From Bacilli bacterium (GTDB lineage Bacteria; Bacillota_I; Bacilli_A; RF39; UBA660), in the NCBI GenBank assembly GCA_045650425.1, contig JAZRRD010000083.1, positions 1-63,746 of the forward strand: a DNA stretch of 63,746 nucleotides, given 5' to 3'. Position 1 is the first letter of the stretch; every line of letters begins with the position of its first letter. Both the position numbers and the translations under genes were made by a program. Shown here piece by piece: positions 55,390-63,746 of this stretch. Under the pieces are notes generated by a model that was given only the letters and a program-made list of their open reading frames with translations, was not told the DNA's origin and ran no database searches.

Positions 55390-55788
55390 ATGTTTGTACA
55401 AGATAAAATAGCAGATATGTTAACTCGTATTCGTAATGCTAATCAAATGAGATATGCTACTGTTGAAGTTATTGGAACTAAAATGACTTTAGGAATAGCT
55501 GAAATATTAAAAAGAGAAGGATTCATAAGCGATTTTACATATGAAAAACATGTTACTGGAGATAAATTAACATTAACATTAAAATATGGAGAAAAGAAAG
55601 AAAGAGTTATTACTAATTTAAAAAGAGTTAGTAAATCTGGATTACGTGTATACGCTAAAAGTAATGAAATTCCTCGTGTATTAAATGGTTTAGGAATTGC
55701 TATTATTTCTACTTCTAAAGGATTAATGACTGATAAAGAAGCTAGAGAAGCTGGATTAGGAGGCGAAGTACTTGCCTATATTTGGTAA
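55390..55788 (+). CDS. rpsH: 30S ribosomal protein S8
   Basis: [12 protein letters not shown] motif. 132 aa. Confidence 0.95.
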   Translation: MFVQDKIADMLTRIRNANQMRYATVEVIGTKMTLGIAEILKREGFISDFTYEKHVTGDKLTLTLKYGEKKERVITNLKRVSKSGLRVYAKSNEIPRVLNGLGIAIISTSKGLMTDKEAREAGLGGEVLAYIW

Positions 55789-55797
55789 GGAAATTTT

Positions 55798-56337
55798 ATG
55801 AGTAGAATTGGAAATAGAATTTTAACTTTGCCAGAAGGCGTAAGCGCTAATGTAGAAGGCAATAAATTAACTGTTAAAGGACCTAAGGGAGAATTAGAAT
55901 TAACTGTTGATAGTTTAGTAAAAGTTGTTGTTAACGAAGGAACTGTTGCTACTGAACAAGTTAAGAAAACTAAAACTGCTAACATTATGCAAGGAACTAC
56001 AAATTCATTAATCAACAATATGATTACTGGAGTATCTAAAGGATACGAAGTAGGATTAGAAGCAGTAGGTGTTGGATATAGATTTGCAGTAGCTGGAAAT
56101 AAAATAACTATTAGTGCTGGATATTCTCATCCAGTAGTAATGGAAACTCCAGCAGGTGTAAGTGTTGCTTTAGTAAGTAATACTGAAATTACTTTAAGTG
56201 GTATAGATAAGCAAAAAGTTACTGAATTTGCGGCTAATGTTCGTAAAGTTAGAGAACCAGAACCTTATAAAGGTAAAGGAATTCGCTATAAAGGTGAACA
56301 TGTACGTCGTAAAGAAGGTAAGAAGGCTGCTAAATAG
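55798..56337 (+). CDS. rplF: 50S ribosomal protein L6
   Basis: MSRIGNRILTLPEGV start. PEPYKGKGIRY near the C-terminus. Confidence 0.95.
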   Translation: MSRIGNRILTLPEGVSANVEGNKLTVKGPKGELELTVDSLVKVVVNEGTVATEQVKKTKTANIMQGTTNSLINNMITGVSKGYEVGLEAVGVGYRFAVAGNKITISAGYSHPVVMETPAGVSVALVSNTEITLSGIDKQKVTEFAANVRKVREPEPYKGKGIRYKGEHVRRKEGKKAAK

Positions 56338-56354
56338 GGTAAAGGAGAGTTTAT

Positions 56355-56711
56355 ATGATAAAGAAAGAAGCAAAAAATGTTGCTCGTAAGAGAAGACATG
56401 ATCGTGTACGTAGTAAAATCAGTGGTACAAGTGCTACTCCAAGATTAAACGTATTTAGATCAAATAATGGAATTTATGTTCAAGTTATCGATGATGAAAC
56501 TCAAAAAACTCTAGTTAGCTCATCTTCGATAGAATTAAAATTAAAAAATGGTGGCAATGTTGAAGGTGCTGCATTAGTAGGAAAAGACATTGCTGAAAAA
56601 TGTAAAAAAGCAAAAATAACAAAAGTTGTTTTTGATAGAGGTGGATACCTTTACCATGGACGTGTTAAAGCTTTAGCTGAAGCTGCACGTGAAAATGGAT
56701 TAGAATTCTAG
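56355..56711 (+). CDS. rplR: 50S ribosomal protein L18
   Basis: [15 protein letters not shown]...PRLNVFRSN...[21 protein letters not shown]. Confidence 0.95.
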   Translation: MIKKEAKNVARKRRHDRVRSKISGTSATPRLNVFRSNNGIYVQVIDDETQKTLVSSSSIELKLKNGGNVEGAALVGKDIAEKCKKAKITKVVFDRGGYLYHGRVKALAEAARENGLEF

Positions 56712-56726
56712 AGTGGGAGGTAAATT

Positions 56727-57230
56727 ATGCCAAAACAAAATATGGATGCTAAAAAAAGCTTATTAGAAGAAAAAGTTATATCTATTGGCCGTGTAACAAA
56801 AGTTACTAAAGGTGGTAGACATTTCAGATTCTCTGCTACAGTTGTAGTAGGAAATAGAAAAGGATTAGTTGGTATTGGTACTGGAAAAGCTAATGAAGTT
56901 CCAGAAGCAATCAAAAAAGCTATCCAAGCTGCTAATAAGAACGTAACAAAAGTTGCATTAATCGACAATAGAACTATTCCTCATGAAGCTACTGGTAAAG
57001 TTGGTAGAGCTTCTGTGTTAATTAAACCTGCTAAAGAAGGTAACGGAGTTATCGCAGGTGGAGCAGCAAGAGCAGTATTAGAACTTGCTGGAATTAAAGA
57101 CATAGTATCTAAATCATTAGGTTCAAATACTAAAATTAACGTAGCAAAAGCTACTTTAGAAGCGTTAAAAATGCAAAAAACACCTGCAAAGGTTGCAGCT
57201 TTACGTGGAAAGAAAGTTGAGGAACTATAA
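56727..57230 (+). CDS. rpsE: 30S ribosomal protein S5
   Basis: [22 protein letters not shown]...GIGTGKA motif. Confidence 0.95.
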   Translation: MPKQNMDAKKSLLEEKVISIGRVTKVTKGGRHFRFSATVVVGNRKGLVGIGTGKANEVPEAIKKAIQAANKNVTKVALIDNRTIPHEATGKVGRASVLIKPAKEGNGVIAGGAARAVLELAGIKDIVSKSLGSNTKINVAKATLEALKMQKTPAKVAALRGKKVEEL

Positions 57231-57231
57231 T

Positions 57232-57675
57232 ATGAAGTTAGAAAATTTACCAGCTTCAAAAGAAGCAAAAGCTCGTAAAAGAGTAGGTCGCGGACCAGGA
57301 AGTGGAATGGGTAAAACTTCTACAAGAGGAGAAAAGGGACAATTAGCACGTAGTGGTGGAAGCGTTCCTGCATGGTTCCAAGGTGGACAATCTCCTTTAT
57401 ATAGAAGATTACCAAAAAGAGGATTTAATAATGCTAGATTTACAACAAGATATGCTACACTTAATCTAACAGACTTAGATCGTTACTTTAATGATGGAGA
57501 CGTAGTTACTCCAGAAATCTTAAAAGAAAGAGGAATAATTAAAAAACAACTTAGTGGCATCAAAGTTTTAGCTACAGGAGAGATTACTAAAAAGCTTACT
57601 GTTAAAGCTCAAAGATTCTCAACAAAAGCTGTAAGCAAAATTGAGGCTGCTGGTGGTAAAGCTGAGGTGATTTAG
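57232..57675 (+). CDS. rplO: 50S ribosomal protein L15
   Basis: True start [30 protein letters not shown] at 57232, one nt after the rpsE stop. No L30 gene lies between them. Confidence 0.94.
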   Translation: MKLENLPASKEAKARKRVGRGPGSGMGKTSTRGEKGQLARSGGSVPAWFQGGQSPLYRRLPKRGFNNARFTTRYATLNLTDLDRYFNDGDVVTPEILKERGIIKKQLSGIKVLATGEITKKLTVKAQRFSTKAVSKIEAAGGKAEVI

Positions 57676-58941
57676 ATGTTTAAAGGACTATCACAGTTGT
57701 TTAGTCCGAGCAACAAAGATCTAAGGAAAAGAATCTATTTCACACTAGCTTGTTTAGGGTTCTTTTGCTTAGGTACTAGTATAACAATTCCATGGGCATC
57801 AGTTGTCTATGAAGAATTAGGTTTTTTAGAAATATTTAACTTAATGAGTGGTGGAGCTTTAAGAAGTTTTTCAATATTTGCTCTAGGAGTGTCTCCATAT
57901 ATCACCGCTTCAATCATTACACAAATTTTGCAAATGGATATTATACCTTACTTTAAAGAACTTAAAGAACAAGGTTATGTCGGAAGACAAAAAATTAATA
58001 AAATTAATAGATATTTAGGGATTATTATTGGTTTTGTTCAAGCCTATATGTTAACAATGTTTTACATGAATAACGCTGATACAATGACTATTCTAAAAAC
58101 ATCCTTAGTAATGACTGCAGGAACTGCATTCTTATTATGGATGGGGGATCAAATTACTCAAAAGGGTATTGGTAATGGTCAATCATTATTAATCATGGCT
58201 GGTATTATTCAAAGCATGCCTACTGTATTTCAAGGTGCGTTTAATGCCTTTGTTAGTACAGGAACTTATAATAATATTTTAGGTATTGGAATGTTTGCTG
58301 GATTTATAATTCTATATATTTTAATAATTGTTGGAATTATATGGATACAATTAGCAGAAAGAAGAATTCCAATCCAATATGCAAATAGAACTACTAGTGC
58401 TTATGGTAGTCAACAAAGTTTTTTACCAATAAAAATTAATGCCGCAGGTGTTATGCCAGTAATTTTTGCTTCAATTATTACAACAATTCCTGCAACAATT
58501 GTTAATGTAATTGGTAATGAAAGCGCTATTAATTTTGTTAATAAATATATAGTTTATACTTCACCAGTCGGATTTATAATATACATCGCATTAATAATGT
58601 TTTTTGGATATTTCTATACTTTAATAAGTATGAATCCTGATGAGATGAGTAAAAACTTAAATGAAAGAGGAGGATATATTCCAGGTGTTAGACCAGGAGT
58701 AGAGACTTCTAAATATATAAGTAACTCTTTGAGTAAACTAACTGTAGTTGGCTCATTGTTCTTAGTAGTATTGGCTGGATTACCAGTTATCGTTTCTAAT
58801 TTTTCAGGACTTCCAAGTTCTGTAACAATTGGAGGAACAGGAATTTTAATTGTTGTAGGAGTTGCAATTGAAACTTATAAACAGTTAGAAAGTGGTTTAA
58901 TTAGTCGTAGTTATACTGCAAAAAGAAAGAGGTTAAAATAA
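57676..58941 (+). CDS. secY: Preprotein translocase subunit SecY
   Basis: Ten-TM protein, 421 aa, FALGVSPYITASII motif. Conserved position. Confidence 0.96.
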   Translation: MFKGLSQLFSPSNKDLRKRIYFTLACLGFFCLGTSITIPWASVVYEELGFLEIFNLMSGGALRSFSIFALGVSPYITASIITQILQMDIIPYFKELKEQGYVGRQKINKINRYLGIIIGFVQAYMLTMFYMNNADTMTILKTSLVMTAGTAFLLWMGDQITQKGIGNGQSLLIMAGIIQSMPTVFQGAFNAFVSTGTYNNILGIGMFAGFIILYILIIVGIIWIQLAERRIPIQYANRTTSAYGSQQSFLPIKINAAGVMPVIFASIITTIPATIVNVIGNESAINFVNKYIVYTSPVGFIIYIALIMFFGYFYTLISMNPDEMSKNLNERGGYIPGVRPGVETSKYISNSLSKLTVVGSLFLVVLAGLPVIVSNFSGLPSSVTIGGTGILIVVGVAIETYKQLESGLISRSYTAKRKRLK

Positions 58942-58943
58942 AA

Positions 58944-59582
58944 ATGAAAAATATAGTTTTGTATGCTCCACCTGCTGCAGGTAAGGGTACACAATGTGAA
59001 TTACTTGAAAAGAACTATGGTTATAAAGTTTTATCAATAGGCCAAGTTCTAAGAAATAATCGCTCTACTGAAACAGAAATTGGGAGAAAGATTATAGAAA
59101 CTCAAGATAAAGGAATATTAACACCTGATGATATAGTTACAGAAGCTTTAAAAAACGAGTTAAAAAAGTTTAAAGACAATAAGATAATTATTGAAGGTTA
59201 TCCTAGAAACATTGAACAAGCAAAACTATTAGATACCATTTTTAAGAATTATATAGTTATTAATTTATATCTTGATAGAGCAACAGCTATGAAAAGAACA
59301 TTAGGTCGTAGAAATTGTGATAAATGTCATAAAATCTATAATATCTACTTTGAAGAGTCGAAGCCTATTAAAGATGGTTTTTGTAATATTTGTGATGTAC
59401 CTTTAACAAATAGATCTGATGATAATGAACAATCATTTAATGTTAGATTTGATGTATATGAGGAAAATGCTCCAAAGATATTACAATTCTATGAAAACAA
59501 AAACATTCTATATCGAGTTAATAGTGGTTATTCTGTAGAATACATAAAAAACCAGGTAGAAAAAATAATAAAAGAGGCGTAA
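58944..59582 (+). CDS. adk: Adenylate kinase (zinc-lid type)
   Basis: P-loop APPAAGKGTQ. Lid CDKCHKIYN...CNICDVPL. Confidence 0.93.
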   Translation: MKNIVLYAPPAAGKGTQCELLEKNYGYKVLSIGQVLRNNRSTETEIGRKIIETQDKGILTPDDIVTEALKNELKKFKDNKIIIEGYPRNIEQAKLLDTIFKNYIVINLYLDRATAMKRTLGRRNCDKCHKIYNIYFEESKPIKDGFCNICDVPLTNRSDDNEQSFNVRFDVYEENAPKILQFYENKNILYRVNSGYSVEYIKNQVEKIIKEA

Positions 59583-59583
59583 A

Positions 59584-60331
59584 ATGATAAGCATTAAAAG
59601 CGAAAGAGAAATTGAATTAATGAAGCATGCAGGTTATATTAATTATTTAACTCATGAAGAATTAAAGAAACACGTAAAAATAGGTGTTACGACTAAAACT
59701 CTCGATAAAATAGCTTATGATTTTATAATTCAAAATGATTGTATTCCATCATTTCTTAATTATGAAGGGTTTCCCGCAACTATATGCGCATCAATTAATG
59801 ATACAGTAGTTCACGGGATTCCCGGGAATACAAAATTAAAAAATGGTGATATAATATCAATAGACATTGGCGTAGCTTATCAGGGATATCATTCTGATTC
59901 AGCTAGAACTTATGTTGTTGGAGATGCTAGTGAGGAAATTAAAAATCTAGTTGCCAATACTGAAGAATCTTTATATAAAGGTTTATCAGTAATTAAGGAA
60001 GGTGCTAGAATAGGAGACATAGGAGCTGCGGTAACATCCGTTGCCAATAAATCAAATTACGGTGTAATTAGAGAATTAGTTGGGCACGGAGTTGGCAGTA
60101 GTATCCATGAAGATCCTGATGTTCCAAATTTTGGCAGACCTAAAACTGGAATGGTATTGAAAGCAGGAATGGTATTAGCGGTAGAACCAATGTTAAATTT
60201 AGGCTCAAGACATGTTTATTTAGATGACGATGATTGGGCAATAAAAACTGATGATGGAAAACCATCAGCCCATTTTGAACATACAGTGTTAGTAACTAAA
60301 GATGGGTATGAAATTTTAACAGGAGATAAAA

Positions 60332-60351
<20 letters not shown>
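59584..60351 (+). CDS. map: Methionine aminopeptidase type I
   Basis: [36 protein letters not shown] metal-ligand motifs. Confidence 0.95.
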
Positions 60352-60693
<342 letters not shown>

Positions 60694-60705
60694 TAGGAGG
60701 TAAAT

Positions 60706-61080
60706 ATGGCACGTATTAAAAATATTGAATTACCAAGTGAAAAACATACTGTAATTGGATTAACAGCAATTTATGGTATTGGAAGAAATTTAGCAAAAAC
60801 TATTTGTGAAAAAGCTAATGTAGAAACTACAAAGAAAGTTAAAGACTTAACTGACGAAGAAGTTGCACGTTTAAGAAAAGAAGTTGAAAATGCTACAGTT
60901 GAAGGAGATCTAAGAAGAGAAATTCAAATGAGCATAAAAAACAAAATGGAAATCAATTGCTACCAAGGAATTAGACATAAAAAAGGTTTACCAGTAAGAG
61001 GACAAAGAACAAGCCGCAACGCTAAGACTCGTAAAGGTAGAGGAAAAGTAGTTGCTAATAAGAAGAAAGCTGGAAAGTAG
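60706..61080 (+). CDS. rpsM: 30S ribosomal protein S13
   Basis: [26 protein letters not shown] start. Confidence 0.95.
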   Translation: MARIKNIELPSEKHTVIGLTAIYGIGRNLAKTICEKANVETTKKVKDLTDEEVARLRKEVENATVEGDLRREIQMSIKNKMEINCYQGIRHKKGLPVRGQRTSRNAKTRKGRGKVVANKKKAGK

Positions 61081-61093
61081 GAGGTAAATAATT

Positions 61094-61477
61094 ATGGCAT
61101 ATAATAGAAGAAAAAGAAAAGTTAAAAAGAATATACCTGAAGCTGCAGTTCATATTCATTCAACATATAATAACACTATCGTATCAGTAACTGATAAAGA
61201 TGGTAATGTTATTACATGGGCTTCTTCAGGAACAATTGGCTATAAAGGAAGTAAAAAGAAAACTCCATTTGCAGCAGGACTTTGTGCAGAAGCTGCTGGA
61301 AAAGCTGCTATGGAACAAGGCGTAGTTAAAGTAGATGTTTTTGTAAAAGGTTTAGGCGCAGGAAGAGAAACTGCAATTAGATCATTACAAGCAGTTGGAT
61401 TAGAAATTACAAGTATAAATGATGAAACACCAGTTCCACATAATGGATGTCGTCCACCAAAACGTCCAAGAAACTAG
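61094..61477 (+). CDS. rpsK: 30S ribosomal protein S11
   Basis: [16 protein letters not shown]...[15 protein letters not shown]. Confidence 0.95.
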   Translation: MAYNRRKRKVKKNIPEAAVHIHSTYNNTIVSVTDKDGNVITWASSGTIGYKGSKKKTPFAAGLCAEAAGKAAMEQGVVKVDVFVKGLGAGRETAIRSLQAVGLEITSINDETPVPHNGCRPPKRPRN

Positions 61478-61497
61478 TGAAAGAAGAGGGTTAAAAT

Positions 61498-62442
61498 ATG
61501 ATAAGTTTTGAAAAACCAGAATACAAAATTGCTGAATATGTAGAAAGTAATAATTTCGGAAAATTTGAATTAGAACCATTAGAAAGAGGATTTGGGACTA
61601 CTATAGGTAATGCACTAAGAAGAGTTATGCTTTCTAGCTTACCAGGAAGTGCTGTAATCGCCGTTAAAATAGAAGGTGTATTACATGAATTTCAAAAAAT
61701 CGAAGGTGTAAGAGAAGATGTTACTGCTATAGTTTTAAATCTTAAGAATTTAGTTGTTAGAAATCATTCTGATGAAGTTAAAACTTTAAGATTAATTGCA
61801 AAAGAAGAAGGAGTAGTAACTGCTTCAGATATCGAAAAAGATGCCGACATTGAAATTATTAATCCTGATCACGTTATTTGTACACTTGTAAAAGGTGGAA
61901 AAATCGACATGGAATTAACAATTGCAAACGGTAAAGGATATGTTGACGCTGCAACTAACAAAAAATTATTTGGAGAAAATAGGGTTGGTGTTATTGCTAT
62001 TGATGCATCATATTCTCCAATAGAATTAGTTAAATATGACGTTGAAGATACACGTGTTGGTCAAAATGAAAATTTTGATAAATTAATAATGCAAGTTTAT
62101 ACAAATGGTGCTATAACACCAGAAGAAGCAATGGCTTTATCAGCTAGAATTTTAATTGAACATTTCAATATTATTACTGATTTAAATTCAATTAGTGATG
62201 TTTCAGGATTAATGGCTGAGAAGAAAGTTGACACAATCACAAAAACATTAGAAACTTCAATTGAAGAAATTGAATTCTCAGTAAGAGCATATAATTGCTT
62301 AAAGAGAGCTGGTATTCACACTGTTCAAGACTTAATTTCGAAAAGAGAATCTGAAGTTACTAAAATCCGTAACTTAGGTAAAAAATCACTAAAAGAAGTG
62401 TTAGACAAAGTAGCAGAAATGGGACTTAAGTTCCGCGATTAA
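61498..62442 (+). CDS. rpoA: DNA-directed RNA polymerase alpha subunit
   Basis: GTTIGNALRRVMLSSLPG. C-terminal domain SVRAYNCLKRAGIHTVQDL. Confidence 0.96.
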   Translation: MISFEKPEYKIAEYVESNNFGKFELEPLERGFGTTIGNALRRVMLSSLPGSAVIAVKIEGVLHEFQKIEGVREDVTAIVLNLKNLVVRNHSDEVKTLRLIAKEEGVVTASDIEKDADIEIINPDHVICTLVKGGKIDMELTIANGKGYVDAATNKKLFGENRVGVIAIDASYSPIELVKYDVEDTRVGQNENFDKLIMQVYTNGAITPEEAMALSARILIEHFNIITDLNSISDVSGLMAEKKVDTITKTLETSIEEIEFSVRAYNCLKRAGIHTVQDLISKRESEVTKIRNLGKKSLKEVLDKVAEMGLKFRD

Positions 62443-62457
62443 AAGGAGTGAAAAAAG

Positions 62458-62802
62458 ATGGCATATAGAAAATTAAATAGAGAAACTAGACAAAGAAGAA
62501 GTATCCTTGCTGGTTTAACAAAAACTGTTCTTATGAATGAATCTGTTGTAACTACTGAAGCTAGAGCTAAAGAAGTACGTAAATTTGTTGATAAGATGAT
62601 CACTTATGGAAAAAGAGGTACATTAGTATCTCGTCGTAAAGCATTAGCTTTCTTACATAACGATAAAGATGTTGTAAAGAAAGTATTTGATGACTTAGCA
62701 AAAAGATACGAAACAAGAAATGGTGGATATACTAGAATAATAAAATTAAAAGAGCGTATTGGTGATGACGCTTTAGAAGTTATTTTAGAATTAGTAAAAT
62801 AA
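62458..62802 (+). CDS. rplQ: 50S ribosomal protein L17
   Basis: [17 protein letters not shown] start. [10 protein letters not shown]. Confidence 0.95.
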   Translation: MAYRKLNRETRQRRSILAGLTKTVLMNESVVTTEARAKEVRKFVDKMITYGKRGTLVSRRKALAFLHNDKDVVKKVFDDLAKRYETRNGGYTRIIKLKERIGDDALEVILELVK

Positions 62803-62828
62803 ATTCAGAATTACTCTGAATTTTTTTT
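62803..62828 (+). terminator. Rho-independent terminator ending the alpha operon
   Basis: Stem ATTCAGA (62803-62809) / TCTGAAT (62815-62821) followed by T8. Confidence 0.8.
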
Positions 62829-62845
62829 AATTTTAAAATCATTCA

Positions 62846-62874
62846 TTGCAAAGAATATTCATTTATGTTAATAT
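62846..62874 (+). promoter_or_regulatory. Sigma-A promoter with extended -10 for the coiled-coil gene
   Basis: TTGCAA (62846-62851), 17-nt spacer, TGtTAATAT (62866-62874). Confidence 0.5.
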
Positions 62875-62906
62875 TATTCTAGAGTAAAATAAAGGGAGTG
62901 CTAGTA

Positions 62907-63746
62907 ATGCAAACAAATATTTTTTCATTAATTGATGAATTGGTAAAAATGTCAGGAAGTAATAATGATTTTGATACTATAGAATCTGAAATTGCAGTTA
63001 TTGATACTGAAATACCGCAAATTAAAGCTGATTTAGAAGAATTATCGTCTTCTATAAGTGATGAAAAATATTTTGATGCATCACAAGAAATCCTAGATCG
63101 TAATATTGAAATTAGTGTTAGTAAAAAGCTTTCTAAATTAGAAATTGAATATGATATTTTAAAAGAAAAATTATTTTCTTTAGAAAAGGAAGAACAAAAA
63201 GCATTTGAAGGAATAGATTCTTTAAAACAAAAAATAATAACAATAAAAAGAAATCTTAGTTTAATAGATGAAAGAATAAATAATTCTAATAATGATGATA
63301 CAAAAAAACTATATAACTTTATTTTAGATGAAGAACAAAACAAGGTTACAGAATTGCAAAAAGAATTAGAAACTAAAGAAATTAATTTAGAAAAATTAAC
63401 AGATGAAATTTCAGAATTAAATACTTTAAACCAAAATACTAAAAATTTAATTGAACAATCAACATCAAGGTTGTTAGAAGTAAGAAGAAGCCTTTCTGAT
63501 AAAAGTAGTTACGTTGATGAAAATCTAAAACATAAAGATAGCGCAAAAATAAAAGAATTATCTTCCGCGCTTGAAGCACTAGAAAGCAAAAAAAATACAC
63601 TAGTAAACGATACAAGTTTCATTGCAAATAATATAAAAGAATTAATAATTTCTAAAGATAATGAAAAAGCATTGACAAAATTATCAGAACTAGTATTAAA
63701 CATTAAGAAAAAACCATACATGGATATTAATGATAAAAAATCATTA
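62907..63746 (+). CDS. Coiled-coil protein of unknown function, N-terminal 280 aa (runs off the window end)
   Basis: Own translation from ATG at 62907 after AAAGGGAG: MQTNIFSLIDELVKMSGSNNDFDTIESEIAVIDTEIPQIKADLEELSSS... It stays open for all 280 codons to the window end. Heptad-like E/K/L/N-rich sequence. Absent from the ORF track because it has no stop. The two minus-strand track ORFs here are its antisense shadows. Confidence 0.7.
   Translation, partial: MQTNIFSLIDELVKMSGSNNDFDTIESEIAVIDTEIPQIKADLEELSSSISDEKYFDASQEILDRNIEISVSKKLSKLEIEYDILKEKLFSLEKEEQKAFEGIDSLKQKIITIKRNLSLIDERINNSNNDDTKKLYNFILDEEQNKVTELQKELETKEINLEKLTDEISELNTLNQNTKNLIEQSTSRLLEVRRSLSDKSSYVDENLKHKDSAKIKELSSALEALESKKNTLVNDTSFIANNIKELIISKDNEKALTKLSELVLNIKKKPYMDINDKKSL

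Noticed and set aside
56681-56696. parS-like core CACGTGAAA inside rplR (AGCTGCACGTGAAAAT)
   Set aside because: It has four mismatches to the 16-bp parS consensus TGTTNCACGTGAAACA, with both outer arms wrong. It lies within a ribosomal gene and is most likely chance.
62879-63721. Minus-strand track ORFs 62879-63343 (154 aa) and 63509-63721 (70 aa)
   Set aside because: Both are antisense to a plus-strand ORF that has a promoter and Shine-Dalgarno and stays open for 280 codons. Their translations are S/F/L/I low-complexity, as expected for the reverse complement of E/K/L coiled-coil coding sequence.

Overview
This is a very AT-rich chromosomal window with standard genetic code (TGA is used as a stop). 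It spans the replication origin of a low-GC Firmicute and runs through to the S10-spc-alpha ribosomal cluster. Minus strand at the left: dnaA, dnaN, a comK-like gene and the recF 5' part. Plus strand: rpmH-rnpA-yidC-jag, mnmE-mnmG-rsmG-parB, argS, rpoE (delta subunit), prfA-prmC, spoIIR, mntP and murA. Next come a stripped-down type VII (WXG100) secretion locus and a minus-strand envelope/spore block (TetR, TtcA-like, phosphodiester glycosidase, deacetylase, gerQ). After that: ftsEX plus an M23 peptidase, an orphan pentapeptide-repeat/radical-SAM fusion gene, whiA and clpP. The glycolytic cluster is fragmented (gap, [BtaA/DUF3419-like], pgk, divergent tpi, [spo0A], gpmI). The ribosomal cluster runs rpsJ...rplQ with secY, adk, map, infA, rpmJ and rpoA, but has no rpmD (L30). 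I found no rRNA, tRNA, CRISPR array, transposase or integrase. The combination of rpoE, missing L30, comK and sporulation genes (spo0A, spoIIR, gerQ) suggests, by inference only, an Erysipelotrichia-like or Bacilli-related spore former. The best candidates for new biology are two loci. One is the minimal T7SS-like locus, which has only EssC, a YukD-like protein and two WXG100 proteins, with no EssA, EssB or EsaA nearby. The other is the monocistronic pentapeptide-repeat/radical-SAM fusion next to whiA. All homology calls come from reading the translations and from remembered family motifs. No database search was run.
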